Positions 25,110-39,600 of a stretch of 64,000 nt of DNA are shown here, in pieces. Position 1 is the stretch's first letter, and each line of letters opens with the position of its first letter. The notes below the pieces were generated by a model. The model was not told where the DNA came from, did no database searches, and saw only the letters and a list, made by a program, of their open reading frames with translations. The translations under genes and the position numbers were made by a program. The DNA comes from Pavona decussata (lineage: Eukaryota), in contig CDRNST010000148.1 of assembly GCA_977016875.1 (NCBI GenBank), positions 2,666,001 through 2,730,000 of the forward strand, read 5' to 3'.

Positions 25110-25477
25110 GATCACGCATGCGTACGTGGCATGGATGACAACATTTCTATTTTCTTTGTGGGAGAGCAAAAAGTAGAAGGCGCCAACAGTACACGGTATT
25201 AAAGAACCAAAGAACGAATAAAAGATTAAAAAGAAACAGCAACAACATAAACAAAACAACAACAAAAAAGAGTGAGAAAAGAAGAAAAGGCAGTAGAGTG
25301 TGGAATAGACTTGTTTTATTCTCTTTTCTGGGCCCATGTTTACACCCATTTTTTATTGTCTTCGGGCTTCTTTCCACTGAGTGTTTATCGAATGTAATTA
25401 GTCTATTAACAACAAAGCCATGGCCCGGTGAGCCACACCAATTCATGAAAAGGAGGTGAAGAAACAATGCATGTCTT

Positions 25478-25669
25478 AATAGGCCATTTTCATGATGGCG
25501 TCATTTGACTACAACTACCAGAATTCATTTTGTTTTTTTTTTTTCAAATTCAAATTTTGTAATCCTAGTGGAGAGCAGAGAACAATAGCTCTAATTAGCA
25601 TGAGAAAACAAAAACCCCAAGGATTCTGGTAGTTGTAGTCAAATGACGCCATAGTGAAAATGTCCTATT
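25478..25669. mobile_element. MITE with AT|AGG termini
   Basis: TIR of ~50 bp aataggccattttcatgatggcgtcatttgactacaactaccagaat and its reverse complement. Confidence 0.8.
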
Positions 25670-26164
25670 TTACGTACGTAGAGACATGTCTCTATAGTGT
25701 AAATAAATTAAACGTGTTATGACCAAAAGTACCAAATTCAATTAATTAAGAGATGTCTTATATAAATGCCGTATTCAATACATTCATTTCTTCCAAAGTA
25801 ACTTAATGTAGAGTGAGTGCTTGTGAGACTTACATAGAAACAAATAGGTGGCTTTTGTTGGCCAACTTCAAACGGGTAAAATTAACCTTACGAAAACTCT
25901 TTGACGCAAATTAAGCCCAATATACTTTTCCACAGTTTCGCGGCCAGCGGTAACTTGCAAATGACAAAAAGAAAAAGCAATGAGGAGAAAGCCTCTACAG
26001 CATGTGTTTATCTGTACTTATAACTTCCCATATACAACATATTTCAAGTTTCGAAATTAAAAGACAACTATGCTAAAAATATACACCAAACAAGCACGCA
26101 TATTTCAAAACAATCTTTCTATTATTGCCATATTACGATTTACGTGAGAATAAGTAAACGAATA

Positions 26165-26325
26165 TTTGGTTTTATCAAGAGAGTTGAGTAAGGTAATTTG
26201 GCCACAAAGATGATTCGAAGACTGACGTTTCGAGCGTAAGCCCTTCGCCAGAGTGAATCCTCGAACCCTCGAAACATTCGTTTCCACTTCGCGCGGACGA
26301 AGCACCACGGTTTCCCTAGAGCCCA
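26165..26325. mobile_element. Penelope-type terminal repeat fragment with degenerate hammerhead core; related copy at 43755-43985
   Basis: The minus strand reads ctggcga-agggcttacgctc-gaaacgtc; flanks are similar to 43755-43985. Confidence 0.55.
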
Positions 26326-27191
26326 CCCCCCCTTATCAGTTAAGTAAAATTTGGTACCTTAAGCTCTTAGGATAGTTGGAGATTTCATCGTTGAAAACTG
26401 TTTTTCTACGTAGATGGGTTTTTATAGCTTTTAATCTCTATACTTTTTAGATACACGTACTTATTTTGAACGAGTTTTTCGGCTCGTAGACGTTACGTGA
26501 TAAATAAACGCTTGTATCGTATTGTACTTATCTTCAATCTTTGTTTGAACGGGCTATTTTTCCTCTTTTTTTCATACCAGCACTAATACTGAAGACATGA
26601 GTAATTAGGAAGAAATATCAAGTTGAAACATATAATAGCATTTGCTATGCTGAAAATGATTTGGCTAACTCAACTCCTTCAATAAGTCTGAGCGCATGCT
26701 CAAACGCAATCAAGTGAACGACATAAAAACTGACCGGCGAGGGCATGCGCCAATGACGTTTAAACAAGAGCTTTGAGCTTAAGCTTGCCTTGCAGTCTGT
26801 TAATTTGCTAATTCTCATAGTGAATGAATTTGATCGCGGTTGAATTTAACATTTGTCAATGAAAAGTTAAACGAGTCAAACGAGAGATGACTACGACCGT
26901 GGTTTGCTCCAAGGAAATTTTGTTACTTTATATGGGAATGCACACAAGACCTCATAAGGACATGCCGAAACGGGAGTAGCAGTTAATGTTCGGGCTTCCT
27001 GTTTCGTATTGAACTGACTGACTTTGTTGATTTCTCAGTGAAGCGAACACTCCATTGATGCACATGTAAAACCCACTTGAACTAAATCCACCTATTTACT
27101 TCACTAAATTAATCCAATTCTAAAACGAAAATCATCTGGCCTACCGGCAGAGGGATCAGTTTCCTCGATCACCCTGAACAGGCAATTTAAT

Positions 27192-30100
27192 CTAAAACGA
27201 AACTGATTTTCTCCTAAAAGTGCCAGTCCTTTTGATCAGCCCCTCCTTCATCTTCGACAGCGAAGAAGGCTGGTTCCTTTTGTCACCGTTTCTTTCATTT
27301 CGTAAATACTGTCTTACTGAGCAGTACAACATCTCCGATACTTCTTTGTATCCATCGCACGAGGAAACAGAAAGCTCATAGAAAGGACACTCTAGTGCCT
27401 GTGATAAGTCACTTCCCTCTGTTTCGTCAACTTCCCGAAAGTGTTCCAAGTCTCTTTTTGTTCCTACGAGTATTAGCATCACGGAGTTTCCGTTTGTTTT
27501 TCGTTCTCTGATGTACCTTCCTATTCTGGTAGCTTCGTCAAAACTTGCTCGGTCGGTAATGGAGTAAAGGACTAGAAAGATGTCACCTCGTGCCAAGCAG
27601 CTGTCCAACTTCGTTTCTGAATTCTGCGATGATTGAAAAAAGTAAATTTAAGAAACGCCATGGATATAGCTGAAACTCTACCTTTTAGTGATCCAGTGAT
27701 TCAAAATGCCGTCAAATCTAACATAAGAGAATAGAGCTGCAATAGATGGCAGTCATTTTTTCTCCAGGGTTCTTTTACCTTTCCCTAGCTAGACAGGCCC
27801 ACCATTATCAGTCAATGACAGCGGGTATTGATGGGGCAGCAGGGATGGCGCGGTGGTGAGGGTACTCGCCTCCCACCATTTTTTTCTTAGATTCGATCCC
27901 CGGATTCGGTGTCATATGTGGGTTGAGAATGCTGGCGTGTTGGTTCTCGTCCTTGCTCCGAGAGGTTTTTCTAGATCTCCGGATACTCCGCTTTTCCCCT
28001 CTCCTAAAACAAACCAAAACTTCTAAATTCCAATTCGATCTGGAGTGTCCCCGATTAAAGCTCTGTACTTAATACATGGACACTTCAATAAAGTTACATA
28101 TTTTATTATTTTATTTCTTATCAAACACACCTCTCCAGCAGTATCCATCAAGTCAACAAAGATGTACTCACTGTCCACCTCCATGTGATGTCTCCATGTC
28201 GACTCTGATGTTAAAATCAAAGGAAACTGATATCAAAACACGGCGTAGGAGAATCACACATAGTGAACAGTGTGCCTCATAGCTCCTACACATTCAGTAT
28301 TGTATCACAGAAGGATTAAAATTAAAATAATTTTCATATTCAAAAGAATATTTTACCTATCAAAGACTGGAAGTGTGAATATACGTGTATGAAATTTTTA
28401 TATTTGAACTGCGGATGAAGGAACCAACGAGTGACTGAGAAGGCAGGCATCGCAGTTATTTACGCAACTTCAGCCAGGAAAGCCTAAAAAAAAATCAGGT
28501 ACGGACGCACCTCTTCATAGCCTCCCACGCAGTCGTTTTAGGGGACTCGAAAAACGACTGCGTGGCAGGCTAACCTCTTCGATGCCGGTGCAGCCGGTTC
28601 GGCCTACTGATCGAGCTATCAAGTCAACTGGAAGCATTGTAAATTTTGCAATAAACGTGTGGAGGTGAAGAGATGAAGGTGGAATCATGAGACCATCACA
28701 GTTATGAGCCAGTTATGTATGCATCTTAGATAGTCCAGTATTTGCGAAGAAATAAGAACCACCGGGAAAAAAAACCCAATACTTTTCAGAAGATGGTAAC
28801 AGTGGAACATAAAGGGTTTGAGGAAATATGTACAGGGAACTCGGTAAATCGGTAGCAGGAGTTATTAATGATATACGGTTCTGGTATTTGGACCTCACTG
28901 TCACTGTCAGGCATGTTGCGTCAATTCTGTTGTCAGCATTTGCTATTGATAAGCCCACAAAAAAAAACTTTTTTGTTGTTGTTGTTGTTGTTGTTGTTAG
29001 TATTTTGACTACCTGTCTTGAATTTTGCTCGTAGTCTATCGGAAAGAGGAAATAGCCGTGTACGTGTGCGTAACCAGAAGTAAACGTTGTTCATGACTGG
29101 AAAAAATTAAAGTCATACCCACCTAGAGTTTGGTCATATTCTGTGATAAATCTTCTTGTAAGAAAACGGACAATAAGCGCTGAAAATAAAGACGAGGTGT
29201 GTTAAATGCTTCAATAACTTGCGTATACGGGCTCAGACAACAAGTTGAAACATTCAAAAATAAATGTTTAGCTTTAACAAGCGGTCTGCAGCTTACGAGC
29301 TTAAGTTGCGCAATTAAGTTTTGTACTTTTTTTTATAATCACGTCATGTTGAGGGCATTGCCGGCACCAGAGAAAAAACCCTTTAAATTTTAGTTATACG
29401 AAGTTGTATTCCGGCGCTGCATGCTTTCAACAGAAAGACTGACCCAACAGGGCGCACACCATTGTCTCCCGAGACTGAAGGATGCCTACTATTCAGGTAT
29501 TTAAGGTAGCCTGGAGGTCCTGTGAGTAGATGCTGCCCAGTATTCGGGAAGCAGCGGATGGTGCAGTGCTACGGTGGTGCGAGCACTCGCCTCCCAATAT
29601 GACCCAGGTTCGATGCCCAGACTCGGCGTCATATGTGGGTTGTTTCTTGTTGGTTCTCGTCCTTGCTCCGAGAGGTTTTTCACCGGGTACTCCGGTTTTC
29701 CCCTCTCCCCAAAAACCAACATTTCCAAATTCCAATTTACTCGATTCGGCACTTTAATACATGTCCCCAATTAGTGCTCTGCGCTAACTACAGTGACACT
29801 AAAATAAAGTGATTATTGTTATTTCATTATGTTATTTTATGTGCCTTACTCGGTGCCAACTAAAATTTGTAATATTAAGATCGTGATTTCTTTGATATGT
29901 TAATCCAAAAATTGCTTGACAGTTATTTTTTAACTTTAATTTAAGGCATAGTCTTCATGATGTATGTTTTGAAAGGGACCATTAGCTCCCTACGGGGGGC
30001 ATGAAAGACGAAGTAATCATAGCGTTTTCATTTGCAGGTAACGTCACGAGAATACTTCATTATGTAAGCCACTGACAAAATGATTGATCTCCATGCATGC

Positions 30101-31571
30101 CTTCACTTGAATAAAAATTATATGACCTTTCAAATGTTTGTTGAAAAAATATTTGGCAAGATTTGCGCACTAATATGTCATTCAATCTCTCTGAATAGTG
30201 GGCTATGCTCATTCCTGGAAAACAAAAATTACTTGCAAACAGCTTTTTAAAATCTATTTGAAACTTTCGGGTATACTAATCATTGTGGTTCCGCTGACTG
30301 AATGATTTTGTTAGGCAGTCAGCAATTACAGCTTAGTACAAATTATTCAACAATCACACCGTCAAAACAAATCAGTGGAACTTCTTGCTTATTTGAATAA
30401 GAAACATGAAGACAATTAGTGGCTGTTATCTTCTTTATCTACGTAAATAGTACATAGTTTAAGAGCAGTAGAGTTTACATAGTTTGCGGTAGTATAATCT
30501 CGAAAAATCAAAAACTCAATTAACTAAACTTAGTGTTTTTCATTTTTTTTTTCAATTTAACACCTTTGTTTTGTGTGTGAAGCATATTAGTGCAATCTCT
30601 AGAGACTAGTTAGTCCATCCCTCGGCGGCAAAGCGGCCCACTAATTAACTTCCTGTTATTATGTACAGAATTCATACAAACTTGATGAGCAAGAAGCAAG
30701 AAAAAAGACCAGCGATATATGATTCTTGTGTCTCCTTTTTTTTTTTGCTTACGTCACATGAAATACCCAGGCATATTCTGGCTTTACAGGTTTCTTGTGC
30801 TAGGATACTTCATTTTGCTATTGTTATAACTAGAATGATTTATCTGTTCCGAGTCATTCTTAAGTTTTGATCAGTTAGTCTAGATCAATGACTTGCTGTA
30901 GTACACATTATGACGGTATCTTATTGTTCAATCCTGCACTAACACAAAACGTTAAAAAATGCTATCTTTTCGCCCCTACATAGTTTCCAAGCCGTCTTTA
31001 ATCCAATAATAACAAATTGAAGTGCACAAATGTGTTCAAGGTTGCATGACTCGCGTAAACGATTCATCTTTCAGCAACCCGAATGGCATGTGCGACAAGC
31101 AAAATCCCTCGCCTATGTAGCGTAATAAATGTTTTCGAGAGAGATAACTTATAAATTAAATAAACAATGCGAGGGTCTTTAGCTATAATTAAGAACAGCA
31201 ATTAATATAATGCCTTCAACCGGATATGGAATAGGACAATTTTTCCCGGGAACTTTAGTTCTTTGTTTACTCTTTTTTTTTTTATTTCCCGCCAAATGAG
31301 CTTAAACACTTGAACTTTCAAGTGTCTATCACTTTTTATAGCAAATAAATGGAAACCGAGAGTCGACTTATTGGTCTCACTTGCTGATAAGATAATAGCG
31401 ATCCTATGCTTGCCATGCGATAAAACCCAGTGTTGCACGGAACGATCATGTCACAATCGTACACAGTATACTGCTAAGCTACTTACCTGACTTTCCAACA
31501 CCATCTTGTCCCAGCACAATCGCTCTCGCCGCTTTAAGGTTCGGTTGATGACTTGTCTTTCTCTTGCGCAT
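27192..31571 (-). CDS. RERG/RASL11/RASL12-like small GTPase, 215 aa; exons 31571-31487, 29179-29123, 28204-28131, 27623-27192
   Basis: G1 GQDGVGKSA, LIVRFLTRRFITEYDQT, G3 DTAGE, G4 GTKRD, G5 FYELS. Introns are GT-AG in phases 1,1,0. No CAAX box, as in RERG. Confidence 0.92.
27834..28068 (+). mobile_element. tRNA-derived SINE with V-domain-like core, copy 1
   Basis: gcagggatggcgcggtggtgag...ttcgatcccggattcggtgtcatatgtgggttgag...ggatactccgcttttcccctctcc; similar to 29548 and 47597. Confidence 0.8.
28385..28640 (-). mobile_element. Degenerate SINE-like repeat interrupted by a 55-bp TAG...CTA hairpin mini-element (28518-28572)
   Basis: tagcctcccacgcagtcgtttt...aaaacgactgcgtggcaggcta inserted in the tRNA-like head of the host. 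Confidence 0.5.
29548..29825 (+). mobile_element. tRNA-derived SINE with V-domain-like core, copy 2
   Basis: B box ggttcgatgcc, core ccgggtactccggttttcccctctcc, aataaa and a (tta)-like tail. Confidence 0.82.
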
Positions 31572-32099
31572 ATTTTGCCAGTCCGCTATAACCGATGTCT
31601 AGGAAGTCTTGTTTTAAATTCTTACCAGGCTGAAAAGGAAATAAAGCGATAAGTTACTAGAGGTGATCGTAGTTTAGCTGAAAAATATGGTGCTAAATTG
31701 AGAACACAATGCAGTGATTGAAATTGGATTATCAGGGAGGCAAAGAACTTAGGAAGAGCCACTTAAAACTTCTTGTTAGTAACTTTACTGCTGCTTGACC
31801 GTCAAGAGGCACCCTTAACTCCGAAGCACGCGATCATTTGATTTACAGCACACCAAAGGACAATCGTTTTATGATAATAAGTTTTTAAAGAATCTTCTAG
31901 TTATGTAACATCACCTGCCTACGGTTAACACTAGCAGCAGTTTACTCGCAAAAGCCGTCAAATTTCAATGCGGTTTCAGCGCTCATCACAAAATTCTTGA
32001 TATTTTTAAACAGGAACTTAAATCAACTGAAGTCCAAATTAGAAGGACAAATATCGACAAGATCATGTATGCATGTTTCAGATTAACAAAAGCAGTACC

Positions 32100-32383
32100 T
32101 TAAAGCCTGCCGCACACTTGAGGAAAGAGCTGAGCAAACTGCCTCGCGAGGCGATCAGCTCAGCTGTTTCATCATGTGTGCGGTTGCGTTTTCGTGAGTT
32201 TTTCGCCTCGTGAGGCCGTGAGGAAAATATCTATCATGTCTGATATTTAAGATTTCGCCTCGCGAGGCGAAATTCTCACGAAAAACTCAACCGCACACTT
32301 GAGGAAACAGCTGAGCTGATTGCCTTGCTTGGCCTCGCGAGGCAGTTTGCTCAGCTCTTTTCTCAAGTGTGCGGCCGGCTTAA
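32100..32383. mobile_element. Palindromic MITE
   Basis: TIR aagcctgccgcacacttgaggaaagagctgagcaaactgcctcgcgagg and its reverse complement; TAA/TTAA flanks. Confidence 0.82.
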
Positions 32384-33645
32384 AGGACAAGAAGTATTTA
32401 CGGTCGGGCGATGCCACAATTTATGAATCTCCTGATCGCGACCTACCGGCAGTAAGAACCCTCGTAACGTCGGTTAGTGATATCTCAAATTGAGCTCTTT
32501 TATGTTCCTGAAAACATTCGTATAGGAATAACTTGTCAACTGCCCGTGTAATGCAATTCCACTCATTCTATTGGCTAAGCGCGCGGACCGAGACAAATCA
32601 AAGACATCAAATTGCTTGAAAGAATGCTTCAAGATGGGAGTTTATGTCAGTGTATTATGTTGCGTCAATAGACTCAAAATTATTTTTTTAGTCGAAAAGA
32701 TGATTAACTTAAGCTCTGTTCGATGAGCAAAGTCATACCTTTTTAGAGTTTTAAAACGTATCACTTTAACTAATAGTTCCCCATTCATTCTGGTAAATAT
32801 AACAAATTAGCCATATGTAGCGAGCGTAACTTGTATGCGTGAATAAACACCACAAATGGGAAAACAATTTCGACGGTGCTCCGGGGCAAGATTGAGAACT
32901 TTGACAAATTTATGGCTTCACTGATTAGTGTACATTAGGTATGATCTCTCCATCATATCATTTAGCAGTTTAACCATTGACAGTAAAGTTGAAAGCAAAA
33001 GCACAAAGAAGCCGAAAACTGTTGCTGATGCTGAATGAAGCAAATGATACTCTTTGCGTTTCTTTTTACCCATAGCGGGACGTCTGTAGTTTCTGTTCTC
33101 GTCAATGCCACTTTCAAGTATGTCCACCTGCTAAAGTGGCAACAGCTACCATTAATTTTGCGATTTAATTTGTAATCCAGAACTGTCTTCTAGTCAGTCT
33201 TAAACCTAAATTAAAAGTGGCCCTTAATGACTACCTTCTGAGAAGTAGAATATTGTGTAATTCAGCGAAACAAAACAAAATGAAGCATTTGTTCTAAATA
33301 TAAATGCATTAAGTATGCGCCAAGTGGAAAACAAACATGTATTTCTTTTTGGCCATATGGAATTTAGCAGACATATCACATGGCTAATAGAGGCTGCGAA
33401 TGATCACCGTAAAATTACCAAGCCCCTCAAGTTATTAAAATTAGTATGTCCTCATGCTATTTTAAGATTCTTTCTTCAGAATATGATATTTTAAGACCCT
33501 TGGTGCTTAAGATTTGTTCAAAAAGAAATAATTCATAGGAAGAAAAACAAAACGTAAAAACAAAACACAAGCCAGTACGCACATCCGGCTTTAATGGTCG
33601 ACAGCTTTCCCACGTCTGAACGGCCTTTTTTTCAGATTTTCAGCT

Positions 33646-33651
<6 letters not shown>

Positions 33652-33676
<25 letters not shown>
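33652..33676. repeat. (TA)n microsatellite
   Basis: Direct observation. Confidence 0.9.
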
Positions 33677-36600
33677 ACATCGCAGACTCAAATGTAAGTA
33701 CCATATTTACTAATCCAAGAATGTACTACAAAACTTCAACAATACAACGAATTTAATCGCGAGAGTATACGTTTTTGAGGAGCACACAAGTAATTTTTTT
33801 AAGCCGGCGTTCTTTTTTATCCACAAAGGAATCTTTGTGGTTTCAGTTGTCAATGCCAGCTATTTCAGTTCTGTGGCAAAGTTCCTTGTGCCCCAGACTG
33901 ATAAAAGAGCATCAGTGGCATATTCCTTTTGACGAGTGGAAGCTGTGCTACAGAAATGCCATAATGCACAAAGCGACGACTGACAGAATACTTCTGGGAT
34001 ATTCGACGCATATTTTTGTCCTTAACATAACATCAAATTAGTTATTTAAAAAATTAACGTGAACTCCTTTTTAAATACCATCCCCGATGGGCCATCGCCG
34101 GATAAAGTCGTACGGCGAAGTTCCCGGATGTACTTGCCGAGTGGAACACTGCACTAAACAAGAATGACCTATTTCCTAAATATATGCCTACCTATTGCTA
34201 GCTACTGTAGTTTTAAGAGGGCTCATTTTCTAACACTGCGTGACGCTGAGGAACTTTTGGTCTCTAAGTCCGAAAAATAAGTTTCAAATAGTTTTAAAAT
34301 GCTCAGGGGAATAGAAGGGTATAATAAACTGACATAGATCTAGAAAAGATTACCACCAGTGTAAATCTTTCACTTTCCAAAGACATTAAAGAATTTTCTT
34401 TTCGGCGCGACCTGCTTGCTTTAATTTGCCGGCTATCAAATATCTCAACTTTAAAAATTATTTGGAGTGAAGTCGTTAATTAACTTAAAACCATCAGATC
34501 CTGGTTAAGACTGAACCAATTTCTGTTGTCTTTCAAACTCGGGCCTAGCAGCGCTACTACTGACTTATTCTGTTTACCATCACTGAGAATCTCCGAATAA
34601 CTGCACGGGCCCACACTCAAAACAGTTTCTCTTTTTAATTTTTCAGGTAAAAATCCAATACCAAGCACATTTTTCATACACACGAGAGTTCCAATCTACT
34701 GCCAGTTGCATGCACGGCTCAATTCCATTGTTCTCCTAATTTTCTGGTCTGGCTAAATTCTCTAACGAGGAAGTGGATGCCGACCGCTCTTAGATCCTAC
34801 AAAATACTACTGAAGTAGCAGGGATGTTGTTTCAAGGTAACGTTTCCTCTGCTATCGAAGGAAAATAAAATGTTACACGCAGGTCAGACTTGCTTTTTAG
34901 GCCATCATTCTCTTGATAAACATCAAGTTAAGAATGAATCGGTTCCTTTTGAGCCGTTAGAACAGTTAATTTTCGTCAATTCTTATCTTTTAAAAACCAT
35001 ACAGGATGATAGCGTCTTTCTTGTCTTTTGTTACTAAATTTAATAAGAAACCATATTTGTCTCACAAACCGGTTATAATCTCCATAAATTGGACTTGTCA
35101 TGACTTAAGCTGAAAATACTGAAAATAAGAATTAACATTATCTTGGTGAAGCAAACACTCTTCTCACGGGAGATTTTCAGTTCTTGTGGCTGAATTTGCC
35201 ATTCTAATCAGAAGTATATGTTTTTTAATGGCATATTTTAACATAGTTTCATGTATGAATTGCAACCAGTTACGTGTAATCTATCGCCATAGTAATCCAA
35301 TATGGCGGATTGTGAATCTATGACATCAATTTTCACTTTACACATTTCCTAAGCCCTCCCCGTCGCATCAGATAAAATGTGAAATTGCTAACAAACACTT
35401 TATTCCTGAGCTGCTGGTTACTCTGGAATTCTTTTCTTTTCTTTCTTTTAATTTAAAAATGACTCATTAATGGCGCAGGTCTGGTTGAAGTAATTTATTA
35501 AATGGTATGCAATTTATGAAAGAAATAGGAGATGGGTTAAGAATTTTGTACTCATTAGAGGTAGACTGTTCTGATGTCATTCTTTCAAATATTTTCCTCA
35601 ACGTTTTACTTTTAATCACCTTAAAATCTTAATTTTCTACTTAATTTCTTCGGCAAAGTTCTGAAATGATATCCCATTTAATAAACGATGAACCACACTG
35701 TCTGCCCCTAGCTTGACAGTGGCTAGTCTAACATTAAAGAAAGCATTCTAAAACATTTTTTTTTTCATTGGGATCCCGAACCAGAGAACAGCCAGATTCG
35801 TAGTAAAAAGGAAAATCTAATTCGCCAGTGATTTCTCTAGACTGTACCCCCAAGCTCTGGAGCTCTTCGATATAGAACTGTACCTCAAACGAACCTAAGC
35901 CTTGCCAAAACAGTTGCTTGCTCGAGAAAGTACCAACCTCTTTAAAACTCACTTACTTACTTTAGAAGTCACTTAACTCATTTAGCCTTGTCACTGAGGT
36001 GTTGCAAATCGTCTCCAAAAATTTTTTAACAGGGTGAGAAACTTTGCCTCCAAAGAGCTTCTTGAAATCATGCAACTCAAGTGCACTCAAGTTATGTGCG
36101 CTCCGTTTAAGTAAGTCAAGTACTTATGGTTAAAAATAGGTAATAGACCTGTGGAATTATTTGTTAAAAAGAAAGGTTATCGTGTAATCAGATAGATCAG
36201 ACAACGCACCCGGAGAGGGTTGGGGGGGGGGGGGGGAAGAAGGGGGGTTCCCCCTCCCCAAATTGGATATGGTTTTTCAAGCAAGTCATAAATGGAGGAT
36301 GAATTTTTGACTTGACTCTGTCATAAACATGGTTCCCCCTCTTTACCACTAAACGGCAACAAGATATTGCCTGGTTCGCCGATATTTTTTATCTATCCTT
36401 CTTCACTCTTCTCCCTTCTCGGACGGGAGATGGGCCCCCTTAATTTAAACGATCTCCGTAACACACCGACCAGTAAAGATTTTAATCTATTTCATTGAAT
36501 TCAGGAACATTAAATTCTTTTCTCACAGACTGAAAGACGCTGCTAATTGATAGTCATAAATCAACGAAATAAAAACATACCTTATCTACACATGACTGAA

Positions 36601-39600
36601 GAGGCTAAGACGTCATTGATTTCTATCAACTACAAGTTATAATAAAAAGATTAATTTCCCAGCAGAAGATTATTTTTACCCTGAATTAAGAGGGTAGTCA
36701 GCAGCGGAAATTAAATTTCAATTAAAATAGATATAATTTAATCTAAAATTAATTTAAAGTTGAAAGAATCAAACATCAATCAGTGGTGCCGTTATTTTTC
36801 AGATGTAGTTTGGGGAACTTTTGAACTAACAGATGGCGGTGAAATTGACCACATGTGGATATTCTAGCTGGAATTTGCACCAATTTTTCCTGTATGAGAA
36901 GGTATTCAACGAGATATAGCTTGGTGGTGGAAATTCTCGAAGCTGAAATGTTCATCTTCAATTGCGTTTTTATTTTTGTTGAAAGATCCCAATTTGACGC
37001 CTTGAAGCTACAGCGAAAGATTGATTAAAAAATACCTAGGAATTTGCGGCTTAATTATACTTCGAAAGAAACGGTAATTGAATGAAAATCCGGCGAAACT
37101 TAAAAGAGACAAGAGGTAAATTATGAGAAATGAGGTCAATTTGATTAAATGAGGTTTACGGAATCATTACGAGGTTATCTTGTTATCACATGTACCGACA
37201 GAAAGATTTCATATTAAGAATATTTTCTACTGTAAGTTTTTGTTAAAAGATATCTGCGGAGATGTAATGCATTTAATTTAAAGATGCAATAATTTAGGTT
37301 TCACATTAGGATTAATATGCCACAAATCAATAAACAGACTGTAAAACATTAGAATACCAATAATTAGCATACACTAAACCAGTGGATAAGTTTTTTCGTT
37401 CGCTCTGATTGGCCACTCAAACTCTGAATAGTATTTGCCATACACCGTCCACCACGGTTAAATATGTAAACGGAGGCTTGACTCTTTTCAAGACTTAATG
37501 AAAATCCTGTAAGAGTTCAAGAGCTGTGGTAAATAAACTGAGCAGGAAGCAGGAATCTGACTGTGTTGCTTCTTTGGAAGCGAGTATCATATGTTTATGT
37601 ATTCGATAAACATAAGCGTTTGAGATAGCGCATGAAAATTGGCGTACTTTTTCAGAGCCTTAAGTATGCAAAATCAAAAGCTAAAACAGTTATCACGTTA
37701 GGAGAAAGGAAGAAATCGCATATACTGACCGCACTGAGGAGGAAGGAACTTAGCGATTACAAAGAAGCTTAACTAACAGGCTACAAACCACACACCTTTT
37801 TTCTATCTATAAAGAGCGGAACTTCAAGTACTTTGTTTTTCCACAAACTGCTATGGTTGATTTTGTAATCTTGACCCACCTGAAATCCAGTCTAAATTGT
37901 TTGGGATGACTAGGCTCTTACGGCTACAGTTTCAACTCCGTTCTGCGAGTGAGTTATAAATGCCTATACAGGTAACTTTTATAGGTAACATAAGACTTAC
38001 TTGTCAATCGAAGACAAAACTTCAATTCTCAGATAAGAACTTTCCCATTCGGATTTTCCGGTGTACAATTCCAGCGTTTTAACAAAGTTTCAGTTGTTGG
38101 GATAGTGAAAGAAAACTACCGATCCGGATAAAAGCAAATCCGGTGTGTTACGGATTAGAGTAATCTCATCTGGTTCTTAATTGTTGATGATAGCTGTTTC
38201 TCAGAAAGTCTTATCTCTAACACGCAATTCGACAAAGATTATGTAAAGACTGGCTGAATGCTTTCATTAAACCACAAACTGTATCTTTACAGTCACGTTT
38301 TAGTCATGGAATTCCTTTGTTTACAGCTCAAGGCGAAACAAAGTATTAGCTTTTTCTTAGAAACAATCAACGAGGAATGTTATTTCTGGAGTAATACCGG
38401 TATGCTTACGTGGTTCTTACCTTGACCCACGTTCCAATTACACATATGCTCACTTTCCTAAAAAATACCCGAAATATTCGTGGAAGCTGAAATAAAAACA
38501 GAAATACGAAGCCCTCTGGCAGTAAATTATTTTTGTTCGCTACATCATCTGTACAAAGAACCCCCTAATTAATCCACATCAACACCATTAAGCTTTTTAC
38601 CATGTGAACAGGTATGTATCTCAAGTCTGTTAAGTGCTTCACACGTAAATTGCTTAAATATCGCTATATGTACTTAAATCGTTGATTGTATACTCGATAC
38701 TTTTCTGTGTATTGCTGTTAAAGGTTCTTGTGTAAACACGCTATAACGACTATTTATACGACTATTAATCCCGCTATTAATATTCCTTGCTGTCTGTTTT
38801 ATATCATAAAACACCAATACAAAAACACCAATAAAACAAAACAATAAAAACACCAATACAAGCATGTATATCCTTCTCACCGTTCTCATATGTTTGCTAC
38901 AGTACCAGTTGGGAGAATTTTTTTCATTACTCAACCCGTTCTGACTTAAGTGGGTACTTAAATCGTGGAGTGCATCCTTGATAATTTTCTGTGAAAGAAG
39001 GTCAAAGAATTAATGAGTTTTCGATACTGTTACTCAAGTTAGTAAAGATGCAGTGAAATTCCACTGTTGTTGTCGGTTTAGTCCAGATATCAAATTGTAT
39101 ATTCTCCGGATTGTGTTCGTTATACTGGAGAGAATTTGCTCAACTCCAAGACAATTCATCTTCAGCGATCATTACCTTCCTTCTCCTGTGCTCTACAATT
39201 AACATTGTAAGGAGAGATTATTGCTCACTCTTTAGCTTTAGGGTCAAAGGTTTAGACAGGGTCCGGTATAGCGTTTGCTGCAACATTGGCGCATAACAAT
39301 TTTAACTAATATAATGTTTAGTGTTCCGGATACTCCTGCGTAACACTGACTGCAACATTTAAAAGGAATTTTAAGAAACCACGACGGCAACGACAACGAA
39401 AACATCACTTGAAAACATAAGCTCGCGTTACTTGTACTACTTCGCGATCTTATCCCAATTCGTTGTACGTGGACAATGTGGCCGAACAATCAGGTGGGGA
39501 GGGCGTTCAAGTTGAAACACCACCCAAATTGTACGAACCATTATATTAATAATTATTTATTTATTTGCCCTTTTCAAATTAACTACAGACGATTTAAACA

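Noticed and set aside
29493-29774. Several overlapping short ORFs (GKPEYPVKNL...)
   Set aside because: Spurious frames of the SINE; the same applies at 27808-28017 and 47614-47862.
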